Shown here: piece after piece, positions 16,519-24,306 of the stretch
Position numbering within the stretch: the first letter of the stretch is position 1
Layout of the letters: the number at the start of each line of letters is the position of its first letter
Virus record (IMG/VR): IMGVR_UViG_3300032236_002285
Coordinates: 248,001 to 312,000 of that record
Length of the DNA: 64,000 nt
Direction: 5' to 3' (one strand)
The notes under the pieces: model-generated
What the model was told of the DNA's origin: nothing
Seen by the model: the letters and a program-made list of their open reading frames with translations, nothing else
Databases searched by the model: none
Position numbers and translations under genes: made by a program

Positions 16519-18798
16519 CTATTCAAATAGTGGGAATTTTGGCAAATATAGTCTCGTAGTGGCGTTATCTGCAAATATCATATATTTAGAATCATCTCTA
16601 ATAACATATTGATTAAGTATTTTATTATGAACATCAGATGGTATAATATCTGTAAACATTCTAATATTAGTTATTCTCATATCAGAAGCAAGTATATCAA
16701 GATTTGTATTTTCAAGTTGATATTCAATTGGTATAATATTTTGAGTACTATTATACTCTAATCTAAGTATAGTTGATGTTAAATTAGGAGCATCACTTTC
16801 CTCTTCTACATTTCTCTTATAGATGAATTGACTCATAGTTCTTTGTCTTTGGTCTATATTAAGAACATAACAATACCAAACATCTTCTTGAAGTGCTGTA
16901 TTATCACTTGATGCATGTCCTAATAGATCATAGTTATAAGTATTTGAATTTAAAGTAACTTGTATAGCATCATTTACCAAATTAACTTTCCAACCTAGTG
17001 AGTTAGTAACATCATAATAGTTCATAAAGTTATAAACCTCATCTGTTATATAATTATTAATCTTAAACCAAAGCATATATCCAATATTATCAGATACTTT
17101 AAGAATTGGATCAAAGTTTTGATAGGTAACTGCAACTTGCTGATAATTTACGGTAGACAAGTCATAATTAGCCTTACTAATAATAGTTGAAGAGTTTTCA
17201 ATTAATTCTTTATCAATTGTTGCATTATAACTTAATCTAATAGGATCGGATGATAATGGTGTAAATTGTTGCTTATTAGCAATTGAAGCTTTATCTTGAG
17301 CATTCTCAATGCCAAATAACTCATCAATAGTAGAGTTCTTGGTAAGTTGTTGTAACTTGTCTTTGATTTCCTGAGTACCAGCTTTGACATTTGCTTTTTG
17401 AGTGTATTTCTTCAATATCAATTTATAGTAAATAGCTGAGTTATTGAAGTTTCTAAATTGCTGAGCATGGTCAACTTGAAACATTCTATTAACATCACAG
17501 AAATACAAGAAATCTTCTTTTGAAGGTCTTCTTTGAGGTCCAAAAATTTCTTTGAATTGCTTTTTAGTTATATGAACCGTCATGTTTTCAAATAAACTTA
17601 AATCAAATTGATTCATTACTATTTGAGAATCTGGGAAATTATTACCATCAACTGCTACTTTTAAGTTACCTTCACATACTACATTATATAATTGATACTC
17701 ATGCATTGTATGGTCTTGACCTCTTTTATCTGGATCAGTAACAAAGTAAATAACTCTATGTCCAAACATTTGCTCAGAATCAGCACTTAATTTATTCAAT
17801 AAATCCATAGCAGTGTTTTGCTTGTAAGGATTAAATAAGTTAGCTTTATCTTGAGAATTCAATTGTGGTAAAGTTGAACCATTACCAGTTGTATCACAAG
17901 CACCAGAAGAATTTGAAATACCACCACCAACACCAGTACCTGAACCATTTGTATTATCAGCAGGTATAAAATTACCACTTGGATCCACATAACCTACTAA
18001 GTTAGATTGACAACACTCTCTAATACCATAAAGATTAGTTTTGAAATAATCTTGACTGACATTTTGAAAATCACCAATTAAATTAATATCTTGAATACTT
18101 TTAACTGATTGAGAGTTATTTGTTATTGAGTATTCTATTTGGAAAAATCTAATAGGATTAATTCTAACCGTTGTTATATTTTCTTTAGTAAATGGTTCCC
18201 AATTAGACCAAGTTCTTGAATTATCTTGTGAGAATCTATATTTAATATCAACATCAACCGTTCCTGTTGCTGATATAATTTCTAAGTCACTTATATTAAA
18301 AACTTTATAAATAAATGGAGCTTTCCAAATAATATTATCACCAGGCACTAAACTAATAGTACTAACACCATCACCAGCATTTTCAGCAACAACTCTTTCG
18401 AGTTTACCGCCAATTGAGTATTCTAAAATTCTAATAGCACCAACAGCAGATGAACCAGATCTAACCCATTTAATATCTAAATAAAGTGGGTCTTTGGTAT
18501 CAATAGTTGGGAAGTTATCAATAGCTCTTTTTAGATCAAACCAATCAGTCCAAGCATTACCATCTCTTGATATGCGATAATAGTTTTTCAAAAATCTAGT
18601 ATCAGTCATACCTAAAGTATCATACTTAAATGTTGTTAATTCTTTAACATTTTGTAAATTAACAAAACTTATTGTATATTCGGATCCGATTGAATTGAAA
18701 TATGGCGTCGCATCAACTGAATTGACTTGAGCATTTATATCAAATTTATCAGATATATCAATGGTGCCGTTTTCTAAGTTTGAAACTATTTGTTGCAT
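16519..18798 (-). CDS. neck/head-closure (T4 gp14-like domain) multidomain structural protein
   Basis: Central FGHRVIYF..FDLSLFENMTVHITKKQF..RRPSKEDFLYF..MFQV resembles gp14; LamG-like C-terminus; late motif at 18803-18811. Confidence 0.55.
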   Translation of the reverse strand: MQQIVSNLENGTIDISDKFDINAQVNSVDATPYFNSIGSEYTISFVNLQNVKELTTFKYDTLGMTDTRFLKNYYRISRDGNAWTDWFDLKRAIDNFPTIDTKDPLYLDIKWVRSGSSAVGAIRILEYSIGGKLERVVAENAGDGVSTISLVPGDNIIWKAPFIYKVFNISDLEIISATGTVDVDIKYRFSQDNSRTWSNWEPFTKENITTVRINPIRFFQIEYSITNNSQSVKSIQDINLIGDFQNVSQDYFKTNLYGIRECCQSNLVGYVDPSGNFIPADNTNGSGTGVGGGISNSSGACDTTGNGSTLPQLNSQDKANLFNPYKQNTAMDLLNKLSADSEQMFGHRVIYFVTDPDKRGQDHTMHEYQLYNVVCEGNLKVAVDGNNFPDSQIVMNQFDLSLFENMTVHITKKQFKEIFGPQRRPSKEDFLYFCDVNRMFQVDHAQQFRNFNNSAIYYKLILKKYTQKANVKAGTQEIKDKLQQLTKNSTIDELFGIENAQDKASIANKQQFTPLSSDPIRLSYNATIDKELIENSSTIISKANYDLSTVNYQQVAVTYQNFDPILKVSDNIGYMLWFKINNYITDEVYNFMNYYDVTNSLGWKVNLVNDAIQVTLNSNTYNYDLLGHASSDNTALQEDVWYCYVLNIDQRQRTMSQFIYKRNVEEESDAPNLTSTILRLEYNSTQNIIPIEYQLENTNLDILASDMRITNIRMFTDIIPSDVHNKILNQYVIRDDSKYMIFADNATTRLYLPKFPLFE

Positions 18799-18853
18799 GA
18801 CTTATATATTAAAAAAGCAATTCCGGATATTAATTAAAATAATTCTATATAAA

Positions 18854-18885
18854 TTTGGATATTGTGGATAAGTAATGTATATTTG
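18854..18885 (+). promoter_or_regulatory. Bacteroidota sigma70-type promoter
   Basis: TTTG (18854) - 20 nt - TATATTTG (18878-18885). Confidence 0.75.
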
Positions 18886-18910
18886 TATTTAGAAAAATCA
18901 TAACCCTAAA

Positions 18911-20146
18911 ATGATGAATATAAAAGACAAGTTTATTGAGTTAACAAGTAGAACATATCCTCACGGAACTGAGGAAGATGTTTTTCCTTTGTTAAACCCT
19001 GAACTACAAAAAGATGAGTTTAATAACCTTTTTATTAAAATTGGTGAAAGTGATGTTATGTTTACATCGCACTTAGATACTGCAACATCTGCACTTACCT
19101 CTGTTAGTCACGTTTTTGATGGTAACATAATTAAGACAGATGGTAAATCTATTTTAGGTGCTGATGATAAAGCAGGTGTTACTATTATGCTTTATATGAT
19201 TGAAAATAAAATCCCAGGACTTTATTACTTTTTCTTAGGTGAAGAAGTAGGTTGTATTGGTTCTAAGAAAGTTTCTAATAAATATAAAACTGAAAAACTT
19301 GAAGGTATCAATAAAGTAATTTCATTTGACCGTAGAGGTACCGACTCTGTTATTACTTTTCAATCTAGTCAAAGATGTTGCTCTGATAAATTTGGTGAAG
19401 AATTATCTAAACAATTAAATTTAGCAAATGATACTTTTTCATATAAGAATGACCCAACTGGTATCTTAACTGACTCTATTCAATTTATTAGCATTTATCC
19501 AGAGTGTACTAACATTTCTGTTGGTTATCGTTCAGAACACACATTTGCTGAACAACAAGATATTGAACACTTGACTAAATTAGCTGAGGCTTGTTTGAAA
19601 GTAGATTGGAATGGTTTACCTGTTGAAAGAGATCCTTCTAAAACTGAATACAAATCATACGGTGGTTACGGTGGATATGGTTGGAGTGATTGGGATGATT
19701 ATGACTACGGTTATAAAACAACTACCAATAACACTTCAAAGTGGAATTGGAATAAAAATGTAACACCAAAGACTGATAAAATTTGGTTCCACGATAAGAA
19801 ATATAACTATGTTTCTAATGTAGAACTTGATTCTTTAACTAAAAAAGTTATATCAGTTGATTTGTGTAAAGAACGTGTTGAGTATGAAAAGATGATAGTT
19901 GAAGATTTATTAATGTCATTGGATTTAAGTTATAAAGATTTTACTTGGGATGGTTTTAAGTTGAAAGTATTCTATAAGCAAAATGCTGGTGACCACACAA
20001 CAGAGTGTGATCGTAATGACTTGTTAGAATATTTACCTGAACTTGACTATTCAAATGGTGATGATTTAGGTGATTATAAGAGTAACACAAATGAATTTGA
20101 TGATTTTACTGATTCTTCAGAATTTAATTACTCAGAATTTGACTAA
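18911..20146 (+). CDS. M28/M20-family zinc peptidase
   Basis: FTSHLDT, ILGADDKAG, FFLGEEVGCIGS, ISFDRRG metal-binding motifs. Confidence 0.8.
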   Translation: MMNIKDKFIELTSRTYPHGTEEDVFPLLNPELQKDEFNNLFIKIGESDVMFTSHLDTATSALTSVSHVFDGNIIKTDGKSILGADDKAGVTIMLYMIENKIPGLYYFFLGEEVGCIGSKKVSNKYKTEKLEGINKVISFDRRGTDSVITFQSSQRCCSDKFGEELSKQLNLANDTFSYKNDPTGILTDSIQFISIYPECTNISVGYRSEHTFAEQQDIEHLTKLAEACLKVDWNGLPVERDPSKTEYKSYGGYGGYGWSDWDDYDYGYKTTTNNTSKWNWNKNVTPKTDKIWFHDKKYNYVSNVELDSLTKKVISVDLCKERVEYEKMIVEDLLMSLDLSYKDFTWDGFKLKVFYKQNAGDHTTECDRNDLLEYLPELDYSNGDDLGDYKSNTNEFDDFTDSSEFNYSEFD

Positions 20147-20185
20147 TAAAGAGCCAGAAAACTGGCTCTTTTTAAATATTATATT

Positions 20186-20635
20186 ATGAAAACAATAGCA
20201 ATCTACGCTGGAAGTTTTAACCCATTTCACATCGGACATCTTAATATAGTTGAGAAAGCCGAAAAAATATTTGGTAGTGGTAATGTTGTTATCGCTATAG
20301 GAGTTAACCCAGAAAAGCCAAAATCTGATATTGAAATCAGATGTCAAGAAATCAGTAAAAAGATTAATCGTCAAGTTATTTACTATACTAAATTTCTTCA
20401 TGAACTAATTGAAGATTATGAAAAATCTGGTTATAGTGTTGTACTTATAAGAGGTTTAAGAAATGGTGACGACTTAGCTTATGAAGATAACCAACTTAAA
20501 TTTATCAATGATTTCAAAAAAGATATCAATGTTGTTTTCTTTCGCTGTGATGAAGAATTTAAACACATTAGTTCTTCTGCTATTAGAAATCTACAATCTT
20601 TCCGACCAGGTTCCGGTGATAAATATTTAGTATAA
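20186..20635 (+). CDS. coaD: pantetheine-phosphate adenylyltransferase
   Basis: AIYAGSFNPFHIGH, LIRGLRNGDDLAYE, ISSSAIR. Confidence 0.8.
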   Translation: MKTIAIYAGSFNPFHIGHLNIVEKAEKIFGSGNVVIAIGVNPEKPKSDIEIRCQEISKKINRQVIYYTKFLHELIEDYEKSGYSVVLIRGLRNGDDLAYEDNQLKFINDFKKDINVVFFRCDEEFKHISSSAIRNLQSFRPGSGDKYLV

Positions 20636-20883
20636 TGAGGGATATTGAGGGTAGATATTTATCTGATAATGAAATTGAAGCAATTAATTCTTATTTATTA
20701 CAAAATGGTTGCTCAACTATTAATGGCACACCAAATATAACAAATATACACTTTACTAATGGTTTTTATAAAACCGAATTTTCAGAGGCTAACAAAGCAA
20801 CATTAAGTTACCTTGAAGTACCTGAAAACTGGGTTAAGTCATTTATAAGAGATAAGAAAATAAATAAAATAATAAATGGATAA
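20635..20883 (+). CDS. hypothetical protein with C-terminal RDKKINKI motif
   Basis: Translationally coupled to neighbours; shared C-terminal motif. Confidence 0.55.
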   Translation: MRDIEGRYLSDNEIEAINSYLLQNGCSTINGTPNITNIHFTNGFYKTEFSEANKATLSYLEVPENWVKSFIRDKKINKIING

Positions 20884-21286
20884 GCAAAGATACTTCAATG
20901 TAATAAAAAACTATAAGAAAATGTGTTCAAACCTTATAGCAAGTATTTCATCATATAATTGGTCTGACGAATTTTGTAGAAAAGAAGTTAAAGAACTTTA
21001 TGCAAAACTAATTAAAGAATTTGAAAATGTTGACTTCACTCAATTCACACTTGAAGAACTAAAGCAACTTGATTTTAATATGTTGGATGATGATACAATC
21101 TTAATGCCAGTTTGGGCAATTGATTGTTTACCAGATGGTGCTATTGTAATGAGTATTAATGGTGATGAAATCACTTTTGATAAATCTAAAGGTTTAGATA
21201 AAGATGTAAGATTTGGATGTACCGCCTATGGATTTTCTAAATCTCAATTAAGAGATTCTGCTATTGAGCAAGTTTTAGGTAAGTAG
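20876..21286 (+). CDS. hypothetical protein with C-terminal RDSAIEQVL motif
   Basis: Operon position; shared C-terminal motif. Confidence 0.6.
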   Translation: MDKQRYFNVIKNYKKMCSNLIASISSYNWSDEFCRKEVKELYAKLIKEFENVDFTQFTLEELKQLDFNMLDDDTILMPVWAIDCLPDGAIVMSINGDEITFDKSKGLDKDVRFGCTAYGFSKSQLRDSAIEQVLGK

Positions 21287-21287
21287 T

Positions 21288-21692
21288 ATGAAAGAAGTAG
21301 AATTGCTAAAATTAGGGTACATAGTACATGCCGTTAGACAAGATAAAAAAAATCTTATAATGGTTGCTTTCAATGGTGGTCCATTATTTGACTATTATAT
21401 TTCAATTTTAACTAGTCAATGTGATGATTACGAATATCTAAAAACTGATAAGTCTATTATTGGTGGTATAAATTTAAACTTGATGAATCGAAAAGATTTA
21501 GAAACATTCAAGTGTGTACCAGATGATAATCCAATTGTAGGTAAAAACTTTACAGTAAATAATCATTATTGGAGTACATCAGAAGTTAAAAAGATAATAA
21601 ATAATAATATTATAATAACTAAAAACTCAGTCTATGCCATTCATGATATTTCTGAGTTAAGAGATAAAAAAATAAATGATTTAGGTATATGA
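21288..21692 (+). CDS. hypothetical protein with C-terminal RDKKINDLGI motif
   Basis: Operon position; shared C-terminal motif. Confidence 0.6.
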   Translation: MKEVELLKLGYIVHAVRQDKKNLIMVAFNGGPLFDYYISILTSQCDDYEYLKTDKSIIGGINLNLMNRKDLETFKCVPDDNPIVGKNFTVNNHYWSTSEVKKIINNNIIITKNSVYAIHDISELRDKKINDLGI

Positions 21693-22243
21693 TTAATTAT
21701 ATTCCAACAAATAGAAACAATCCAAGATTAGCAAATGTAGGTAGTGCTTGGGGTAATATTCCTACAATAATAAAAGACATAATTGATAGGTTTAATTTAA
21801 AACAAGATTTAGCTCTTGAATTTGGCGTTGAGTATGGTTATTCAACTTCAGCGTTAGCTAACTATTTTAATAATGTAATTGGTGTTGATACTTTTGAAGG
21901 AGATCCACACTCTGGATTTAAAATAAATCATCTTGAAACAACTACTGAAAATCTTAAAGATTTTAGTAATATTCAATTAGTTAAATCAGATTACAGAGAT
22001 TATATTAAAGATAATAATAATATGTATGATATGATTCATATTGATATTATACACACTTACAATGAAACATTTGAATGCGGTGAGTGGGCAATAAATCACT
22101 CAAAGTGTGTTGTTTTTCATGATACACTTTCATTTTATGAAATAATGAGAGTTTGTGAAGATCTATCAGCAAAACACAACCTTGATTTTTACAATTATGA
22201 GGAATCTTATGGTTTAGGTATTTTAATTAATAATAATCTATAA
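21689..22243 (+). CDS. class I SAM-dependent methyltransferase (Methyltransf_24-like)
   Basis: ALEFGVEYGYST, IGVDTF, YDMIHIDIIHTY, VVFHD. Confidence 0.8.
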   Translation: MINYIPTNRNNPRLANVGSAWGNIPTIIKDIIDRFNLKQDLALEFGVEYGYSTSALANYFNNVIGVDTFEGDPHSGFKINHLETTTENLKDFSNIQLVKSDYRDYIKDNNNMYDMIHIDIIHTYNETFECGEWAINHSKCVVFHDTLSFYEIMRVCEDLSAKHNLDFYNYEESYGLGILINNNL

Positions 22244-22310
22244 ACTAAATAAAGAATAAAAGTATAACAAATGGCAATAATGCCATAATTAAAAATAAAC
22301 AAGAATAAAA

Positions 22311-22502
22311 ATGAAAACAGGAACAGTAAAGTTCTACAATGAGGCTAAAGGATTTGGTTTCATCACAGACGAAAACGGAACTGACGTGTTTGTACACGCT
22401 ACAGGACTAAAAGATGAAATCAGAGAAAATGATTCAGTTAGCTTTGAAGTAACAGAAGGTAAAAAAGGATTAAATGCAATTAATGTAACAGTTAATGCTT
22501 AA
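22311..22502 (+). CDS. cspA: cold-shock protein
   Basis: GTVKFYNEAKGFGFI..DVFVH (RNP1/RNP2). Confidence 0.95.
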   Translation: MKTGTVKFYNEAKGFGFITDENGTDVFVHATGLKDEIRENDSVSFEVTEGKKGLNAINVTVNA

Positions 22503-22521
22503 TATATTTTTAGTACTAATT

Positions 22522-22551
22522 AAAACCCTTAGATTTATCTGAGGGTTTTTT
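22522..22551 (+). terminator. intrinsic terminator
   Basis: AAAACCCTTAGA-ttta-TCTGAGGGTTTTTT. Confidence 0.8.
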
Positions 22552-22576
22552 GTTTATAAAAATTAATATATAATGT

Positions 22577-22951
22577 ATGAAATATTTACAAACAATAAAC
22601 GAATATCAAAGAACTGTAGGTTTTAGATATTCTGAACCAAAAGAAAAATATAAAGTATCTTTATTATGTAAAGGTCAAGATATCAATGAAGATAAGATAA
22701 ATGAAGGTTTATCAAAAGTTAGTGAATTGACTTATGACTCAAAGTCTATTGAAGTAAATTTACTTGATGAAGGTATGATTGCTGAACTACCAGAAATTGG
22801 ATCTGTAGAGATTAGCGCAATTGTTAGTTTTAATGTAACTCTTTACAATGAGAAAGAAGTAAATGGTGTTGTTAGTGAATTAGGTCAAAAGTTATCAAAA
22901 TTTGATATTGAAATATTAGATTTTAAATCAAAAGAAAATTTGGAAGATTAA
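22577..22951 (+). CDS. hypothetical protein, MKYLQTINEY tag family
   Basis: Late motif at 22564-22572; N-terminal tag. Confidence 0.6.
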   Translation: MKYLQTINEYQRTVGFRYSEPKEKYKVSLLCKGQDINEDKINEGLSKVSELTYDSKSIEVNLLDEGMIAELPEIGSVEISAIVSFNVTLYNEKEVNGVVSELGQKLSKFDIEILDFKSKENLED

Positions 22952-23086
22952 AATATTATTTCTATCTTTGTATTCACAAAACAAAAAAGAATTAAAAAAA
23001 AATTAAAAAAATATTTGACAAATTAAAACTTTGTTGTATATTTGTATAAAATAAGAACAAAAGGAACAAAAACTTTTTAATATATA
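22939..23086 (+). promoter_or_regulatory. promoter block of tRNA operon 2: two sigma70-type promoters and a late motif
   Basis: TTTG22939/TATCTTTG22963; TTTG23014/TATATTTG23037; TAATATATA 23078-23086; homologous to 7441-7504. Confidence 0.75.
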
Positions 23087-23091
23087 CAGAA

Positions 23092-23190
23092 ATGAAAAAC
23101 TTAAACTTAAATATCGTTAACCCTCAACCGCAAGTTGTAATCGATCAGGATCCTGGTTCGAAAGGGGCTAACTATGTGGTTTTAAGTTAA
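23092..23190 (+). CDS. attenuator leader peptide 2, MKNLNLNIVNPQPQVVIDQDPGSKGANYVVLS
   Basis: ATG 5 nt after the late motif; TAA at 23188-23190; Pro/Gln/Asp-rich core. Confidence 0.6.
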   Translation: MKNLNLNIVNPQPQVVIDQDPGSKGANYVVLS

Positions 23191-23213
23191 AGATATTATA
23201 ACTATGAAACATT

Positions 23214-23246
23214 ACCCAGTTAGTCGAAAGATTAACTGGGTTTTTT
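23214..23246 (+). terminator. attenuator terminator upstream of the Asp/Pro tRNA block
   Basis: ACCCAGTTAGTC-gaaa-GATTAACTGGGT plus T-run; 23166-23173 GGCTAACT can pair with 23218-23225. Confidence 0.85.
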
Positions 23247-23257
23247 GTTTTAGATAC

Positions 23258-23329
23258 AGTCCGTGGGTATGTTGGTATGAATAACCTCCTGTCACGGGGA
23301 AGAAGCCGGTTCGATTCCGGTACGGACTG
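23258..23329 (+). tRNA. tRNA-Asp(GTC)
   Basis: AGTCCGT/ACGGACT, G73; loop CTGTCAC. Confidence 0.85.
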
Positions 23330-23334
23330 CAAAA

Positions 23335-23408
23335 CGAGAAGTGACTAAGGTTTTAAGCACGCGCCGTCTGGAGCGGTGAGTTAGCAGGTTCGATTCCTGT
23401 CTTCTCGA
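23335..23408 (+). tRNA. tRNA-Pro(TGG)-like with atypical anticodon loop
   Basis: C1:G72 and A73 (CGAGAAG/CTTCTCG-A); CGCCG-TCTGGAG-CGGTG has C33 and A37. Confidence 0.6.
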
Positions 23409-23471
23409 CAACAAGTAGCTTTTGAGGCGAAAAATACTCTTTAGAGAATAGAGTAAAACAATTCTCAAAAT

Positions 23472-23544
23472 GGTCTCGTGGTTGAATGGTTACAATACCA
23501 CCCTGTCACGGTGCGAGATGCCGGTTCGATTCCGGTCGAGACCG
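23472..23544 (+). tRNA. tRNA-Asp(GTC)
   Basis: GGTCTCG/CGAGACC, G73; loop CTGTCAC. Confidence 0.9.
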
Positions 23545-23549
23545 CAAAA

Positions 23550-23620
23550 GGACATATAGCTTAAAAGGAAAGAGTACCTCCAGTGGGAGGGGAGTCTTGG
23601 TTCAAGTCCAGGTATGTCCG
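23550..23620 (+). tRNA. tRNA-like element, anticodon undetermined (shortened loop)
   Basis: GGACATA/TATGTCC, G73; D- and T-arms intact; CCTCC-AGTG-GGAGG. Confidence 0.5.
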
Positions 23621-23626
23621 CAAAAA

Positions 23627-23698
23627 GGTCTATTAGGGTAGTGGTTATCCTTCCCGACTGTCTATCGGGAGACACCGGTTCGAATCCGGTATAGACCG
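23627..23698 (+). tRNA. tRNA-Asp(GTC)
   Basis: GGTCTAT/ATAGACC; CCCGA-CTGTCTA-TCGGG. Confidence 0.88.
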
Positions 23699-23745
23699 CA
23701 AATGGGCTTTTCAAGACAAAAAGTTTGTAGATTACTTAATGAAAC

Positions 23746-23820
23746 GGTCTAGTGGTGAAGTGGCTATCATATCTGCCTGTCACGCAGAAGTAGAGGGATC
23801 GAAACCCTTCTAGACCGCCA
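23746..23820 (+). tRNA. tRNA-Asp(GTC), CCA encoded
   Basis: GGTCTAG/CTAGACC-GCCA; TCTGC-CTGTCAC-GCAGA. Confidence 0.9.
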
Positions 23821-23826
23821 AAAATT

Positions 23827-23901
23827 CGGGGTGTAGCGTAGTCCGGTTATCGCGCATGCTTTGGGAGCATGAAATCGTAGGTTCGAATCCTGCCACCCCG
23901 A
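23827..23901 (+). tRNA. tRNA-Pro(TGG)
   Basis: CGGGGTG/CACCCCG-A; CATGC-TTTGGGA-GCATG. Confidence 0.92.
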
Positions 23902-23932
23902 CAAAGAAACAAAATATTAATAAATAGAAATT

Positions 23933-23986
23933 ATGAGAACAACAACACAATACCAGCAACAACAACAAATTAATCCAACGGATTGA
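23933..23986 (+). CDS. attenuator leader peptide 3, MRTTTQYQQQQQINPTD
   Basis: Six Gln codons (CAA x5, CAG x1) in 17; TGA lies inside segment 2 of a 1:2/2:3/3:4 hairpin set. Confidence 0.85.
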   Translation: MRTTTQYQQQQQINPTD

Positions 23987-24014
23987 TAACGGTATCGTAT
24001 TGTCTAAACTTTAC

Positions 24015-24048
24015 AAACCCTATTCAATCTGATTGAGTAGGGTTTTTT
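24015..24048 (+). terminator. attenuator terminator upstream of tRNA-Gln x3 and glnS
   Basis: AAACCCTATTCAA-tctga-TTGAGTAGGGTTT plus T-run, ending 2 nt before tRNA-Gln. Confidence 0.88.
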
Positions 24049-24050
24049 AT

Positions 24051-24121
24051 TGTCTGATGGTGTAGTGGTAGCACAAGGGTCTTTGATCCCCTTAGTTCAG
24101 GTCCGATTCCTGATCAGACAA
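24051..24121 (+). tRNA. tRNA-Gln(TTG)
   Basis: TGTCTGA/TCAGACA; loop CTTTGAT; T-loop TCCGATT. Confidence 0.8.
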
Positions 24122-24128
24122 CAAATAT

Positions 24129-24210
24129 TGAGGAATAGAATAATGGCAGTTCACCCGCCTTTGAAGCGGAGAGAGAAATCTCAGTGTAGGTTCGAGTCCT
24201 ACTTCCTCAA
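24129..24210 (+). tRNA. tRNA-Gln(TTG) with long variable arm
   Basis: TGAGGAA/TTCCTCA; CCGC-CTTTGAA-GCGG; GAGA-GAAA-TCTC arm. Confidence 0.82.
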
Positions 24211-24216
24211 CAAAAT

Positions 24217-24288
24217 TGCTTTATAGTATATGGGTTAACATATCTGTCTTTGAAACAGATGAACTTGGTTCGAGTCCAAGTGGAGCAA
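24217..24288 (+). tRNA. tRNA-Gln(TTG)
   Basis: TGCTTTA/TGGAGCA; TCTGT-CTTTGAA-ACAGA. Confidence 0.85.
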
Positions 24289-24306
24289 CAAAAAATAATA
24301 ACTACT

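Noticed and set aside
23490-23714. 74-aa minus-strand ORF
   Set aside because: Antisense to Asp tRNAs; typical tRNA shadow peptide.
7510-24048. T-box riboswitch explanation for the tRNA/aaRS leaders
   Set aside because: No T-box consensus (AGGGUGGNACCGCG) or Stem I motifs, and the leaders are too short; translated-leader attenuation fits better.
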